IMG/VR virus record: IMGVR_UViG_2623620512_000004
Location: 1 to 64,000 of that record
Reading direction: 5' to 3' (one strand)
DNA from: a virus
Taxonomy: Duplodnaviria; Caudoviricetes
Length of the DNA stretch: 64,000 nucleotides
Each line of letters begins with the position of its first letter. Position 1 is the first letter of the stretch. A program made the translations under genes and the position numbers. The notes under the pieces are model-generated. The model had not been told where the DNA came from and ran no database searches. It worked only from the letters and a program-made list of their open reading frames with translations. Shown here piece after piece: positions 1-9,593 of the stretch.

Positions 1-1248
1 ATGGCAGTTTCAATACATCTATATCTTGACAAGAGGACGATGAGAGGTGCAACGGCACAACTCAAAGTCGGAATCAACAAGAAGGGATCGTCTGCATACG
101 TCAGCCTTGGCGTGTGGATAACACCTTCCCAGTGGGATGCGGTAAGGGAGAAAGTCAGAGACCATCCGAACAAGAACAACCTCAACTCATTCATTGAAAC
201 TCGCAGGACCGAGATCCAGAACACCATCCAGAGGCTAACGACTGATGGCCAGTTGACAAAATTAACCGCAACGCAGATAAAAAACAAGGTACTTGCGGTT
301 CTGGATCCAGACACAGAGCCTAACGCTTTCGTTCCAAGGATGGAGTTGTTTACCTCCACCAGAGAGGCACAGAGTACCAAGGAGAAATACGAACTGACAT
401 TGAAACGTGTTCTGGAGTATGACAGCAAGGCAAGGACACGCACCTTCGAGGACATCAACAGGGAATGGCTTGATGGCTTCGACCGCTTCCTCATGCAGTA
501 CAATACTACCAAGAACGGCAGGAATATCCACCTGCGCAATATCAGAGCCGTGTTCAACGATGCGATTGATAATGAGGTTACGATGGCCTATCCGTTCCGA
601 AAGTTCAAGATTAGGAATGAGGCAACGGTAAAACGCTCCCTCACCCTGCAACAGCTTCGTGAACTGTTCAACTATCCTGTGGAGCCATACCAACAGCGAT
701 ACCTTGATATGTTCAAACTCTCCTTCTTCCTCATAGGCATCAACGTGACAGACCTCTGCCTGCTGTACGATGTATCTCCAGACGGCTATCTGGTCTATAA
801 GAGAGCCAAGACGAAGAAAATGTACTCCATCAAGGTAGAGCCAGAGGCACAAGAGATTATCACTCGCTACAGTGGCAAGGGCTACCTGCTTAACCTCCTT
901 GACGGAATATCCAAGCCAACGACCTTCACCAAGAAGTTCGACAGGGGGCTGAAAGAGATAGGTCCTGTCACCTATGAGCCGAATCCAAAGTGGAAACGTG
1001 GTTCCAAGAAGCACAGGCTCCACAAGGTGCATCATCCTGCCTTTCCTGGACTGTCATCATATTGGGCTCGTCACACATGGGCTACCATCGCAAGCGAACT
1101 CGACATTCCAGACGCTACCATATCAGCTGCCCTCGGTCACTCGACCACGAACAAGACTACAGCCATCTACATTGACTTCAATCGTGAGAAGATTGATAAT
1201 GCCAACAGAAAGGTCATTGACTACGTTCTCGGGTTAAACAATGATTAA
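1..1248 (+). CDS. int: Tyrosine recombinase / phage integrase (Bacteroidales type)
   Basis: 415 aa; N-terminal arm-binding-like region, SAM-like middle, catalytic-type motifs YWARHTWATIA, ALGH and TAIYI. Confidence 0.92.
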   Translation: MAVSIHLYLDKRTMRGATAQLKVGINKKGSSAYVSLGVWITPSQWDAVREKVRDHPNKNNLNSFIETRRTEIQNTIQRLTTDGQLTKLTATQIKNKVLAVLDPDTEPNAFVPRMELFTSTREAQSTKEKYELTLKRVLEYDSKARTRTFEDINREWLDGFDRFLMQYNTTKNGRNIHLRNIRAVFNDAIDNEVTMAYPFRKFKIRNEATVKRSLTLQQLRELFNYPVEPYQQRYLDMFKLSFFLIGINVTDLCLLYDVSPDGYLVYKRAKTKKMYSIKVEPEAQEIITRYSGKGYLLNLLDGISKPTTFTKKFDRGLKEIGPVTYEPNPKWKRGSKKHRLHKVHHPAFPGLSSYWARHTWATIASELDIPDATISAALGHSTTNKTTAIYIDFNREKIDNANRKVIDYVLGLNND

Positions 1249-1644
1249 CTTTTGAAAGATTGCACATTTGAACTGAAATGAGCAAAATCCTCGCTGTACT
1301 TCAAATGGCGAGAGGGTGGAATAAGTATGCAGGGGTAAAAATTGGAACGATTGTGGGCCTTTTGTGAACGAATTTAACAGGAGATTAACTTAACTTGACT
1401 TTACCAATGTCAAAATAATCTAATGTTAACGGTGTTTTAACTGCGCTTAACGGCCAGTGGACGATTTTCCCAATTAACAAGATATAACTATTATATATAG
1501 GGCCTCAACTTGCGGTTTATTTGCGGTTGGTGAGGTGGTAATCATGGATTCGATATTTGGCCGATTGCGGACGTGCTGAGACTTTTTTGTGTCTTGGGTG
1601 GGTAGTTGTTAGGGCGAACGTGAGAAAAACGCTGAGAGGACGTA

Positions 1645-1680
1645 AAAATCCGTTAGCTATCTCTCACAGACGGCTAACGG
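1645..1680 (-). terminator. Intrinsic terminator of the lysis operon
   Basis: Minus strand CCGTTAGCCGTCT-GTGAG-AGATAGCTAACGG followed by ATTTTT. Confidence 0.7.
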
Positions 1681-1770
1681 CTACTAACCTTAAATCTAAT
1701 ACTATGAAAAAAAACTACTAACCTAAAACAACGTGCTTCCGCTGAAGCAGTTTATCTACTAACAATATGT

Positions 1771-2346
1771 TCAAAACTCATAAATCACGCTGCCGCCTGC
1801 AAAGATGTCCGGCTTCTTGGTGAACACGCCATAGCCTGCACCTATTCCTATTCCGAAGTGCCAGTGCCGCTTCTTGATGATCGTGTTCGTTATCGTGATG
1901 GTCTCTACCCTCTGCATGATGGAGATACTATCCAACTTGGGGCCTACACTGTCAACTTTAGGTCCGCTGACGTAGGCGGTGTAGAGTGAATCGCCAAAAG
2001 TCCTCTGGACGATGGGGAACGTGTAAACAGAATCGGCTTTCTGTAACGTGTCCTCTGGCTCATGTAAAGAATCTGGCGTTTCCTTAACAGGTCGTGGCAG
2101 GTGAGGAACAGACACATGGCCAACAACCTTCTCGGGCTGTAGTTCCTGTGGGGTGCTGTCCTTCCATTCCACATATTCAATGATTCTGACGGTATCGCTC
2201 TTCGATGGCTCATACCTCGGCCTGTTGCACTGGTGTACGTTGAAGATGAGGCTTGCCAGAAGGAACAATACCAACAGGACTATGATGATACGCCTCTTAC
2301 TATCCTTCCAAAGCATATCCATTCTCTCGTTGTCATTCATACCCAA
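1771..2346 (-). CDS. Membrane-anchored lysis-module protein (possibly spanin-like)
   Basis: N-terminal TM helix, C-terminal amphipathic beta strands ending YEF; last gene of lysis cassette. Confidence 0.5.
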   Translation of the reverse strand: MGMNDNERMDMLWKDSKRRIIIVLLVLFLLASLIFNVHQCNRPRYEPSKSDTVRIIEYVEWKDSTPQELQPEKVVGHVSVPHLPRPVKETPDSLHEPEDTLQKADSVYTFPIVQRTFGDSLYTAYVSGPKVDSVGPKLDSISIMQRVETITITNTIIKKRHWHFGIGIGAGYGVFTKKPDIFAGGSVIYEF

Positions 2347-2621
2347 ATGATTTTATTCTCTCTGATGAAGAAATGCGCCTTGTTCGGACAGGACGTTTCC
2401 AGAACAGATGGAGAGAGTGTTACCTTGCCGTTCTCTTCCTCGTAGGTCCACCCTTCTGGGTCGTTGGGCTTCAACGGCATAACGCATTCCTCTCCGCATC
2501 CGTCTGGGCAAAGGCAGATGGCCAGTCCGAAGTACACGCTGACATACAGCACACCATACTCCTTATCTGATGGCATATAGGTAACGAACTCTACCCTGTC
2601 AAACTTCTTTAGTCTATCCAT
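2337..2621 (-). CDS. DUF6527-like Cys/His protein
   Basis: CLCPDGCG...TLSPSV...C...HFFI...IIW pattern. Confidence 0.6.
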   Translation of the reverse strand: MDRLKKFDRVEFVTYMPSDKEYGVLYVSVYFGLAICLCPDGCGEECVMPLKPNDPEGWTYEEENGKVTLSPSVLETSCPNKAHFFIRENKIIWV

Positions 2622-2623
2622 GG

Positions 2624-3283
2624 TCAGAATCGTTCTATGAAGTCAATGATACCTTCCACGTGCAGTCTGGATATGGCTTGGATGCCTGCATCTGAAGTGA
2701 GGTACGCCACATCGTCCTTGTTGTCTTGGAACAGGTTCTCTGTCAAGACGGCAGGACATTTCGTATGTGTCAAGACATACAATGCAGATTCATAGTCTGG
2801 GTCTTTGTCAGACCAGTCGGCACGTAGGGCGTTCTTGTGGTCGTTTGGCAGGTTCTTCTTGGCGGCATTCCAGATACAGGTAGCCAGATCGTCTGACTTG
2901 GTACGGCCAGGGGACGTATAGACGCTCCAACCTCTGGCATCATGCCACTTGCCATCGGCTCCTGCAGCATTGCAGTGGATGGAGATATACAGGACGTTGC
3001 TACTGCCGTTGTTCCGGCATACCTCGTTGACGTAGTTGACACGCAGGCCGAGTTCTCGAGACTGCTCCAGTTTGGCACTGGGTGTCTGCATGGACTTTGG
3101 CAGTTTGTCATCCTCATAGTCCACCAAGACCTTGTAGCCATAGCCTGTGAGGATGGACTTGATAATCTTGACCATTTCACGGCTGTAGCGGTACTCCTTG
3201 AACTTGCCGTCTGGCGAGCCTTTTCCGGGGGTCGTGGCCAGATGGGCGGTTCCTAACACGATGATAACTTTTTTCTTATCCAT
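2624..3283 (-). CDS. Endolysin, N-acetylmuramoyl-L-alanine amidase (Amidase_3)
   Basis: GTAH...E, SIHCNA, PAVLTENLF zinc-amidase motifs. Confidence 0.9.
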   Translation of the reverse strand: MDKKKVIIVLGTAHLATTPGKGSPDGKFKEYRYSREMVKIIKSILTGYGYKVLVDYEDDKLPKSMQTPSAKLEQSRELGLRVNYVNEVCRNNGSSNVLYISIHCNAAGADGKWHDARGWSVYTSPGRTKSDDLATCIWNAAKKNLPNDHKNALRADWSDKDPDYESALYVLTHTKCPAVLTENLFQDNKDDVAYLTSDAGIQAISRLHVEGIIDFIERF

Positions 3284-3286
3284 AGC

Positions 3287-3559
3287 CTAAAATATTTTGA
3301 TGACCAAGATACGAACCAAGAAACCAAGGACGGTTCCTCCGAATGTCAGAAGGAAATCTATCCAGTCTGGCTTGCCGCCCCACTGATAGTCCTTAAACTC
3401 CAGAGCACCTGCCACACCTGCACCACCATAGATGGCGCAATACAGCGTGTTTGCGAACAGTCCGAAAACCATTCCTAACAGAAGATGAAGCAAACGATGG
3501 CTGTCACCTAACCACTCAAATACCTTTTTCAGAAACTCGATAATCTTTTTCATAATCAA
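3287..3559 (-). CDS. Small membrane protein, putative holin/antiholin
   Basis: Hydrophobic segments; adjacent to endolysin. Confidence 0.5.
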   Translation of the reverse strand: MIMKKIIEFLKKVFEWLGDSHRLLHLLLGMVFGLFANTLYCAIYGGAGVAGALEFKDYQWGGKPDWIDFLLTFGGTVLGFLVRILVIKIF

Positions 3560-4092
3560 TCCTCCATATTTTGTTCTTTGTCGAATGTCTCTTCAAGGGC
3601 CTCGCCAACGTCCTCGCTCTTCTTCTTGATGAGGGCTACGGCAAAACGCTTTAGGAACTTCCATGCGTCTGATGGTCTGAACTTCCATCCATGCACTGTG
3701 CAGATATGACCCCATGCAGAAACAGCGTCACAGCCGCAGCCTATGAGGATGCCTGCCGCAGCAGTCTGTACGTGGTCGGCAAGTTCGTAAGGCTCTGTGA
3801 TGGCAAGTCCGATGACAACACCAACCAGAAGGAAAGTGAGGTAGTCAACGAACTTGACACAGGTTCTACGTACTGCCAGTGAGGTGCGCCACTCATACTT
3901 TTTCTTCTCTTTCTCTGTCTGAGCGTGCTTCAAGTGATGCTTGTTCTCGGAATAGGCCCACCAGAAGTCGAAGATGAGCATGAACACACAGCAGACTATC
4001 TGCCATCGGCAATCATGTATTGCCTGCAGGGCTTCGTTGCCAAAGGTCAGCCACATGGCACCTGCTCCTAAACTGTTTGTTGTCTTTGTCAT
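3556..4092 (-). CDS. Putative holin
   Basis: About three TM segments, RRTCVKFVDYL motif; start re-assigned to MTKTTN just after tail fibre stop. Confidence 0.65.
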   Translation of the reverse strand: MTKTTNSLGAGAMWLTFGNEALQAIHDCRWQIVCCVFMLIFDFWWAYSENKHHLKHAQTEKEKKKYEWRTSLAVRRTCVKFVDYLTFLLVGVVIGLAITEPYELADHVQTAAAGILIGCGCDAVSAWGHICTVHGWKFRPSDAWKFLKRFAVALIKKKSEDVGEALEETFDKEQNMED

Positions 4093-4094
4093 TG

Positions 4095-7000
4095 TTATAC
4101 TGTTGTTGTTGATAATGTCGGTAATACGTAGTAAGTTCCATTGATGGTGATACCTGTGTAACCAAGAAGGAACCAAGCTCCTCCAATGAATATCTTGATG
4201 CCGTTAGGAGAAATATCAAAACCATACTGATTGTTACTCTTGCATCTGGCATGGATATGGCTATTTTCATTCATCACAACAAAATTATCCATATTGTTCG
4301 TTCCGAAAGAAACGCCATTGCCAAACAATCTGTTCAGATAGATATTGCTTGTGTATTCATAACGACTACCTGTTATCTCTACTATAAATCTTGTATCGTC
4401 ATCTGAACCCATAATCATCTGGGCTTGTCCTGCGATAACGAGTTTGTTATATCCTGCAGGCGCATCAAACGTCAGATTATGAAAGTCATCAGAGAAACCA
4501 CCTGTTCCCCACCAACCTTCTTCTACATATCCTTGGCTTCCACCAAACCATAGCATAGTGTCAATCTGGTATGAGCGAATAAGCTTTCTTGAAACGAGAT
4601 TCTGGCATGATGCGTCTGAGTATGTATATAGATAAAATGCAATATCTCCAACACTGAAACATTCTGGATAGTACTGTCCAGGATTCGTAAGTGCTCCACC
4701 ACTCCAATACACGTCACCCTTGTATGCGAGGTGATAATATCCAGAAGCCTTAATTCGTCCTGGGCTTGTCAGATGGATGGCATCAGAAACAAAAACCTCC
4801 CAATCAACATAGTTATCCCATTGAACGATTTCTGATGCTCCTGCATGACAAGTGAACGATATGGATTTACTGTCTGAGCCAGATGTTTCACTGAAAAGAT
4901 TATCGATAGAGGATTCAATATTACCATCAAGAACAACACATGGAGAGCCTGTTTCATCATAAACGATGATTTTCTTGGTGGACGGATCCAACTCTATACG
5001 CTTTCCGTTCTGAATACCAAGCATCTGCATACCATTAGGCATTACTTCCCATCTATATCCGTCTGTATGAAGCAATCTTATAAGTCCTCCTACACCATCG
5101 AGTAATAAAGAACCATTCTTGCTCAACAACTGTGAAGCACTGGCCATGAATCCACCGATGTTCGCATTGGCACCAAAGATGGTGTCAGTAATGAGCGTCT
5201 TGATGCGGTTGGCCACCTCCCAATTGCTATCACCTCCTACGAGGGTTGGCGGTGTTCCTGCAGGGATAATCATACCCTTCTTCTTAACACCATAGCGATA
5301 CCAAGTGCCATCAAACTCATAGTCAATAAAGTCTCTGAAATCATCGTTCCATACGAAACTCTCTGTATCGACATATACGCCACGCTCTCTGGGATAGCCT
5401 ACGGTATCTGATGCCAGTTCCGAAATATCAGAATCATTCGTGCAGTAGTCTGTAGCAACAGTTCCCTGCTCAATCTTAGGCATACATACATAGGTCTTAT
5501 TAGAGAACATCCATAGACGCATCAAGAACGCTTGGTCTCTTGCAGGTATGTTGCTCCTTGTCTTAAACGTCATGGTATGCTTCGTCCAGACCTCAGTAAG
5601 TTGCCAGTCAACATGGTTGTCTGTTGAGTTGCCACCATTTATGACAACACCATCAACAATCTTTCCTGCGTTGAAGTCAATACAGGTGTAGTCTGTCTGG
5701 GATTCACCGCTGTTCGTATGCGGATAGAGATATGTCATGAACTTCATACCACGATTGATACGATACCAGTTCACGGTACACGTCTTTCCTTCGGCAGGTG
5801 TAACGCCTCCGCTCTTATAGACATAGGCAGTGATGAAATACTTACCTTCGGCAGGTAAAGTGAAGTTCAATGTGGCAGATGTGGCATAAGTAGAGGTAAT
5901 GGCCACTGACGTCGACCAACTCCAGTCATCATTATAGACGAATACCCTCAGTTCCTCTCCTGCGCTTCTTGCTGTGGACGAACAGTAGCCGTTCACTACC
6001 AGTTGATTCTCTATATTAGGAGCGAAATAGCAAATCTGAGTAGCGAAGCCGTAGTATATCGAAGTCTCATTCTTGTTTATCTGGATATATGGGTCTGCCT
6101 TGGCCCAGAACGACAGCGTGTACCATGTATTCGCTTGAAGTCTCTTCTCGCCATTTACCTCATACATCTTCTGCTGAAGCATTTCCTTCAACACGTCATC
6201 AATGGCAGGCTCACAGACATAACCATTTCTACCTCCTGTACCTTCTGTGGTTGCTCCGTTCTTGGTAATCCACTTATCCATTCTGGATGCGAGGAAATTA
6301 GTCTGGAGCAACTGATTCGCCTTTTGCTCTGTCGTAAAGGCCTCATCATTACCAGAGACCTTATAAGGAGTGCTCCATACTGAGACAGTGCCATCGGTAT
6401 TGAACGTAACGGCATCGGATTTCCAGAGGAACATACTGCCACAAATGAACTTAACGTAACTTGATGAGCCGCTGTTTCCTCGAACGTAAGCCACGCAAAT
6501 GAAGTGTGCGCCTGCAGTTGGGATGGTCACTGATAGGTCACCTGTATCTTGGCTCGTTCCATTGACCTTTCTGATATAATTCGCTACAGGGGCAACAGAA
6601 TCAACCTGCCCGATATATACATTGTCGTAACTGCCGACAGAACACCTCAAACGGAAATAGAATGTCTGGTTGGCCTCTGTTGTGATGAACGAGAAAGTTT
6701 CTACAGAAGTCTGGTTGTTGGCGATAGGGGGTGCAGCCATAAAGCCATCATCGGCCAATGACCAGTCACCCTGTGGCTGTACCTTAAGAGAGACCTCCGA
6801 TGGCTCTGTACTCCATCCAGAAGGGCTCGACCCTGTTGGTTTTGACGGTTTCAAGAACGAGTTCTTGTAGATGCTCTTCGCATCAGCACCCTTCGTTCCT
6901 GTGCCATTGCTGACATGGCCGATGGGTACTGTCTCTGAATCCAGAATGAGGTTTCCAGAGTTCAGCAACTCATAGCGGTAAGCGGTGTACATCGAGGCAT

Positions 7001-9170
7001 AGACGCTCTTTGTTACACCACTATTGTAGTAGCCTGCTGCCGTGCCGTCCGTAATCTCTGTAGGCCCTGCGTCAATACCATTGGTTATCCAGTAGTATCT
7101 CAGTTTCAGTCCATAGGTGCTGAGGCTCTGAACGAGTGTTCTCGCTCCGTTCTGGGCTGTTCGATAGACCTTGATGTTCACGTCCTGCTGTGCGCTCGAC
7201 CCTCCGCTTTCGTTATATGTCAATGCGGATGGAGTGCAGACAAGTTCAAACTTATCCACACCTCTCAGCTTCTTCAGAGTGAGGCGTTTCGTGTACGGTT
7301 GGCCACCATAGGTTCCTACCACGTCAACATATCCAGATGAGGCGTCTGCGCTCATACCTGTCACGGTGACAGTGTTTCCAGAGATAGATACCTGCGAACT
7401 GGCCATGCCGGAATACGAACCCAAAGCCCATGAGGTGTCAGAGGTCTTATCCTCCGCACCGACCAACAGCTTCGCATTGGAAACGACATTGCCAGAGACA
7501 AGGTTTCCTGCTCCGTCATAGAGCATGGAATCATTTTCGTTATCCAGATCTACGACAACGGCACCTTCGCCAGGACCACCGTTCTCGACCCTACCAACGA
7601 TGACCGTCTCAGTGTCTAAGACAGTCTGGTTGGTGTCATCAATACCGAGAATGAATCTGAAATAGTCGTAACTGGCAGGGTCAATACTTAACGATACATA
7701 GTCCTTGCCACTGTCAAAGGCGGTCTTTTTGGCTGAGTATGACGTAGTATTCTCTCTCTGGTACTTGACATACAGGTTGAAGTCAGACATATCAGTGACC
7801 TTGGTACGGACACCGTTCTGTCCTGTGCGCCAGATGTACACTCTGATGGTGGTAGTACTGGCCACGCCATCAGTCTCGTTATACGACACGCTGTTAGGCG
7901 AAAGTTCCAGTTCATACTTATCCTCTCCCTGTAGTCTCTTGATGGTCATGCGTGTGGTGTACGGCTCGTTATTATACGTACACTGTACGATAACATAGCC
8001 ACTGTCGGACGTGATGCCTGTGACGGTCAAGACGCTGCCAGAGATAGAGGCCGTTACTGATGCGCTCTTTTCCTGTATGCTGAAAGTGGGAGGGTTCTGC
8101 ACCCTCTGGCCGTTGCTGTACAGTCTGATGTTCGATACGGCATTGCCGCTGAGAAGTGTTCCATTGCCATCGTACAGCATGGAATCGTTCTCGTTGTCAA
8201 GGTCGAGGTATGTTGCTCCTATGCCATCGGCACCCTTGACGGCACTGACATGATAGAACACGTCTGGAGAGCCGTTGTTATAGTTCACGGTGGTCCTGTT
8301 CCACTGGTAACGCTTGGCGTTGGTGGGGGCTACTGCGTGTTGCTCATCCTGCCAGTCGCTTGACGCTATATCGGTAGGATAGGCCTGCGAGTTACTGTTA
8401 GGACTGCCATACGCACTGATGGCATAGGCCTCAACGATACTGGCAATACCCTTGGCGAAGTTACCTATACAGATAGGACGTGTGACATACTTGTTGCCTC
8501 GGCTGTCGTAACTTATCTCGAAGTTCCAGATATACGGTGCGGAGTTGTCCGCTGATGGTCTGTCCGTGCTCCATGAGCCGCTGACAGAACAGGTCTCTCC
8601 GTTGGCATAGGTGGCCACACCGTCCACAAACGACTTCGTGTTAGGATAGCCGCTTGGAGGTGTGGTGTCGCTGTTTGACGTGGCCCAGTACTCTTGACAG
8701 CCTGCATAGTACGCACCGACACCTATCTGAGAGACAGAATAGGAATCGGTAGTGTCACCATCGGAATAGACTACATGGGTCTTTGTGTACAGCCAGTAGC
8801 CGTCCGTCAATGAAGATGGGAACGCACCCCAGTTGGTGATGGTCGCAGGGTCAACAGGGCTTGCCTGCTGACTGTACGTTACTACGGAACTCTGAATACC
8901 TCTTCCGTCAATACCCATTCTCGATACGGAATAGGCATCGGTATAACTGCCATCGGAATATGCAACGTGTACCCACGTCCAGAGGTAACTACCATCTGCT
9001 ACAGTGGGAACAGTCTGCTTCCAGTCACTTGACGAATCGGCAGGATGAGTAGTGCCAGACGTACTGGCAGCATACTTCGTGAATGAGTTCATCCTGTCAA
9101 CGGTAACGCCAGTGCCAGGCTGTCCGTCCTGTGCCTGCCATCTGACAGGGAACGCTCCTTTTATCTTCAT
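4095..9170 (-). CDS. Large tail fibre / host-specificity protein
   Basis: 1691 aa, S/T/G-rich beta protein; YLWT..YSDG repeats, duplicated DLDNENDSMLYDG modules, CBM-like YTLSFWAKA...PKIEQG. Confidence 0.75.
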   Translation of the reverse strand: MKIKGAFPVRWQAQDGQPGTGVTVDRMNSFTKYAASTSGTTHPADSSSDWKQTVPTVADGSYLWTWVHVAYSDGSYTDAYSVSRMGIDGRGIQSSVVTYSQQASPVDPATITNWGAFPSSLTDGYWLYTKTHVVYSDGDTTDSYSVSQIGVGAYYAGCQEYWATSNSDTTPPSGYPNTKSFVDGVATYANGETCSVSGSWSTDRPSADNSAPYIWNFEISYDSRGNKYVTRPICIGNFAKGIASIVEAYAISAYGSPNSNSQAYPTDIASSDWQDEQHAVAPTNAKRYQWNRTTVNYNNGSPDVFYHVSAVKGADGIGATYLDLDNENDSMLYDGNGTLLSGNAVSNIRLYSNGQRVQNPPTFSIQEKSASVTASISGSVLTVTGITSDSGYVIVQCTYNNEPYTTRMTIKRLQGEDKYELELSPNSVSYNETDGVASTTTIRVYIWRTGQNGVRTKVTDMSDFNLYVKYQRENTTSYSAKKTAFDSGKDYVSLSIDPASYDYFRFILGIDDTNQTVLDTETVIVGRVENGGPGEGAVVVDLDNENDSMLYDGAGNLVSGNVVSNAKLLVGAEDKTSDTSWALGSYSGMASSQVSISGNTVTVTGMSADASSGYVDVVGTYGGQPYTKRLTLKKLRGVDKFELVCTPSALTYNESGGSSAQQDVNIKVYRTAQNGARTLVQSLSTYGLKLRYYWITNGIDAGPTEITDGTAAGYYNSGVTKSVYASMYTAYRYELLNSGNLILDSETVPIGHVSNGTGTKGADAKSIYKNSFLKPSKPTGSSPSGWSTEPSEVSLKVQPQGDWSLADDGFMAAPPIANNQTSVETFSFITTEANQTFYFRLRCSVGSYDNVYIGQVDSVAPVANYIRKVNGTSQDTGDLSVTIPTAGAHFICVAYVRGNSGSSSYVKFICGSMFLWKSDAVTFNTDGTVSVWSTPYKVSGNDEAFTTEQKANQLLQTNFLASRMDKWITKNGATTEGTGGRNGYVCEPAIDDVLKEMLQQKMYEVNGEKRLQANTWYTLSFWAKADPYIQINKNETSIYYGFATQICYFAPNIENQLVVNGYCSSTARSAGEELRVFVYNDDWSWSTSVAITSTYATSATLNFTLPAEGKYFITAYVYKSGGVTPAEGKTCTVNWYRINRGMKFMTYLYPHTNSGESQTDYTCIDFNAGKIVDGVVINGGNSTDNHVDWQLTEVWTKHTMTFKTRSNIPARDQAFLMRLWMFSNKTYVCMPKIEQGTVATDYCTNDSDISELASDTVGYPRERGVYVDTESFVWNDDFRDFIDYEFDGTWYRYGVKKKGMIIPAGTPPTLVGGDSNWEVANRIKTLITDTIFGANANIGGFMASASQLLSKNGSLLLDGVGGLIRLLHTDGYRWEVMPNGMQMLGIQNGKRIELDPSTKKIIVYDETGSPCVVLDGNIESSIDNLFSETSGSDSKSISFTCHAGASEIVQWDNYVDWEVFVSDAIHLTSPGRIKASGYYHLAYKGDVYWSGGALTNPGQYYPECFSVGDIAFYLYTYSDASCQNLVSRKLIRSYQIDTMLWFGGSQGYVEEGWWGTGGFSDDFHNLTFDAPAGYNKLVIAGQAQMIMGSDDDTRFIVEITGSRYEYTSNIYLNRLFGNGVSFGTNNMDNFVVMNENSHIHARCKSNNQYGFDISPNGIKIFIGGAWFLLGYTGITINGTYYVLPTLSTTTV

Positions 9171-9182
9171 AGACTAAACGGT

Positions 9183-9581
9183 TTAATAGTGTGTCATTAC
9201 TTCGTGAGCGGCCTGTGCGCACATATTTCTGAATGCACAGAACTCACCGAACTTCTTGATAACCTCGTTGTCGAGGGCTTCCTTGAACTTGGCCCAACTG
9301 CTTGCTCCTGCAGCAGCCTCAACGATGCTGTCAACGGCATTCATCAGCAGTCCGAACTCATCCTTCTGTGCGAAGCCTGCCTCAATCAGCTGCGACTTGA
9401 TGTGGCCGTAGTCGATTTGGTGGTCAATCTCCACAGGGATGAAGGAATAACCTTGAACCTCATTGCCCTGCTCATCGGTCTGGGCTTCTTGTTTGATGTC
9501 AAGGCTAACGATACGGTTGGCCTTGTCATAGACTGGAGGGCAAATCTCACTCCAACGTCTCTGCAAATTTCCTGTAATCAT
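9183..9581 (-). CDS. Hypothetical tail-module protein
   Basis: 132-aa ORF tightly packed between RT and tail fibre. Confidence 0.55.
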   Translation of the reverse strand: MITGNLQRRWSEICPPVYDKANRIVSLDIKQEAQTDEQGNEVQGYSFIPVEIDHQIDYGHIKSQLIEAGFAQKDEFGLLMNAVDSIVEAAAGASSWAKFKEALDNEVIKKFGEFCAFRNMCAQAAHEVMTHY

Positions 9582-9593
9582 ATCAATCAGTTT

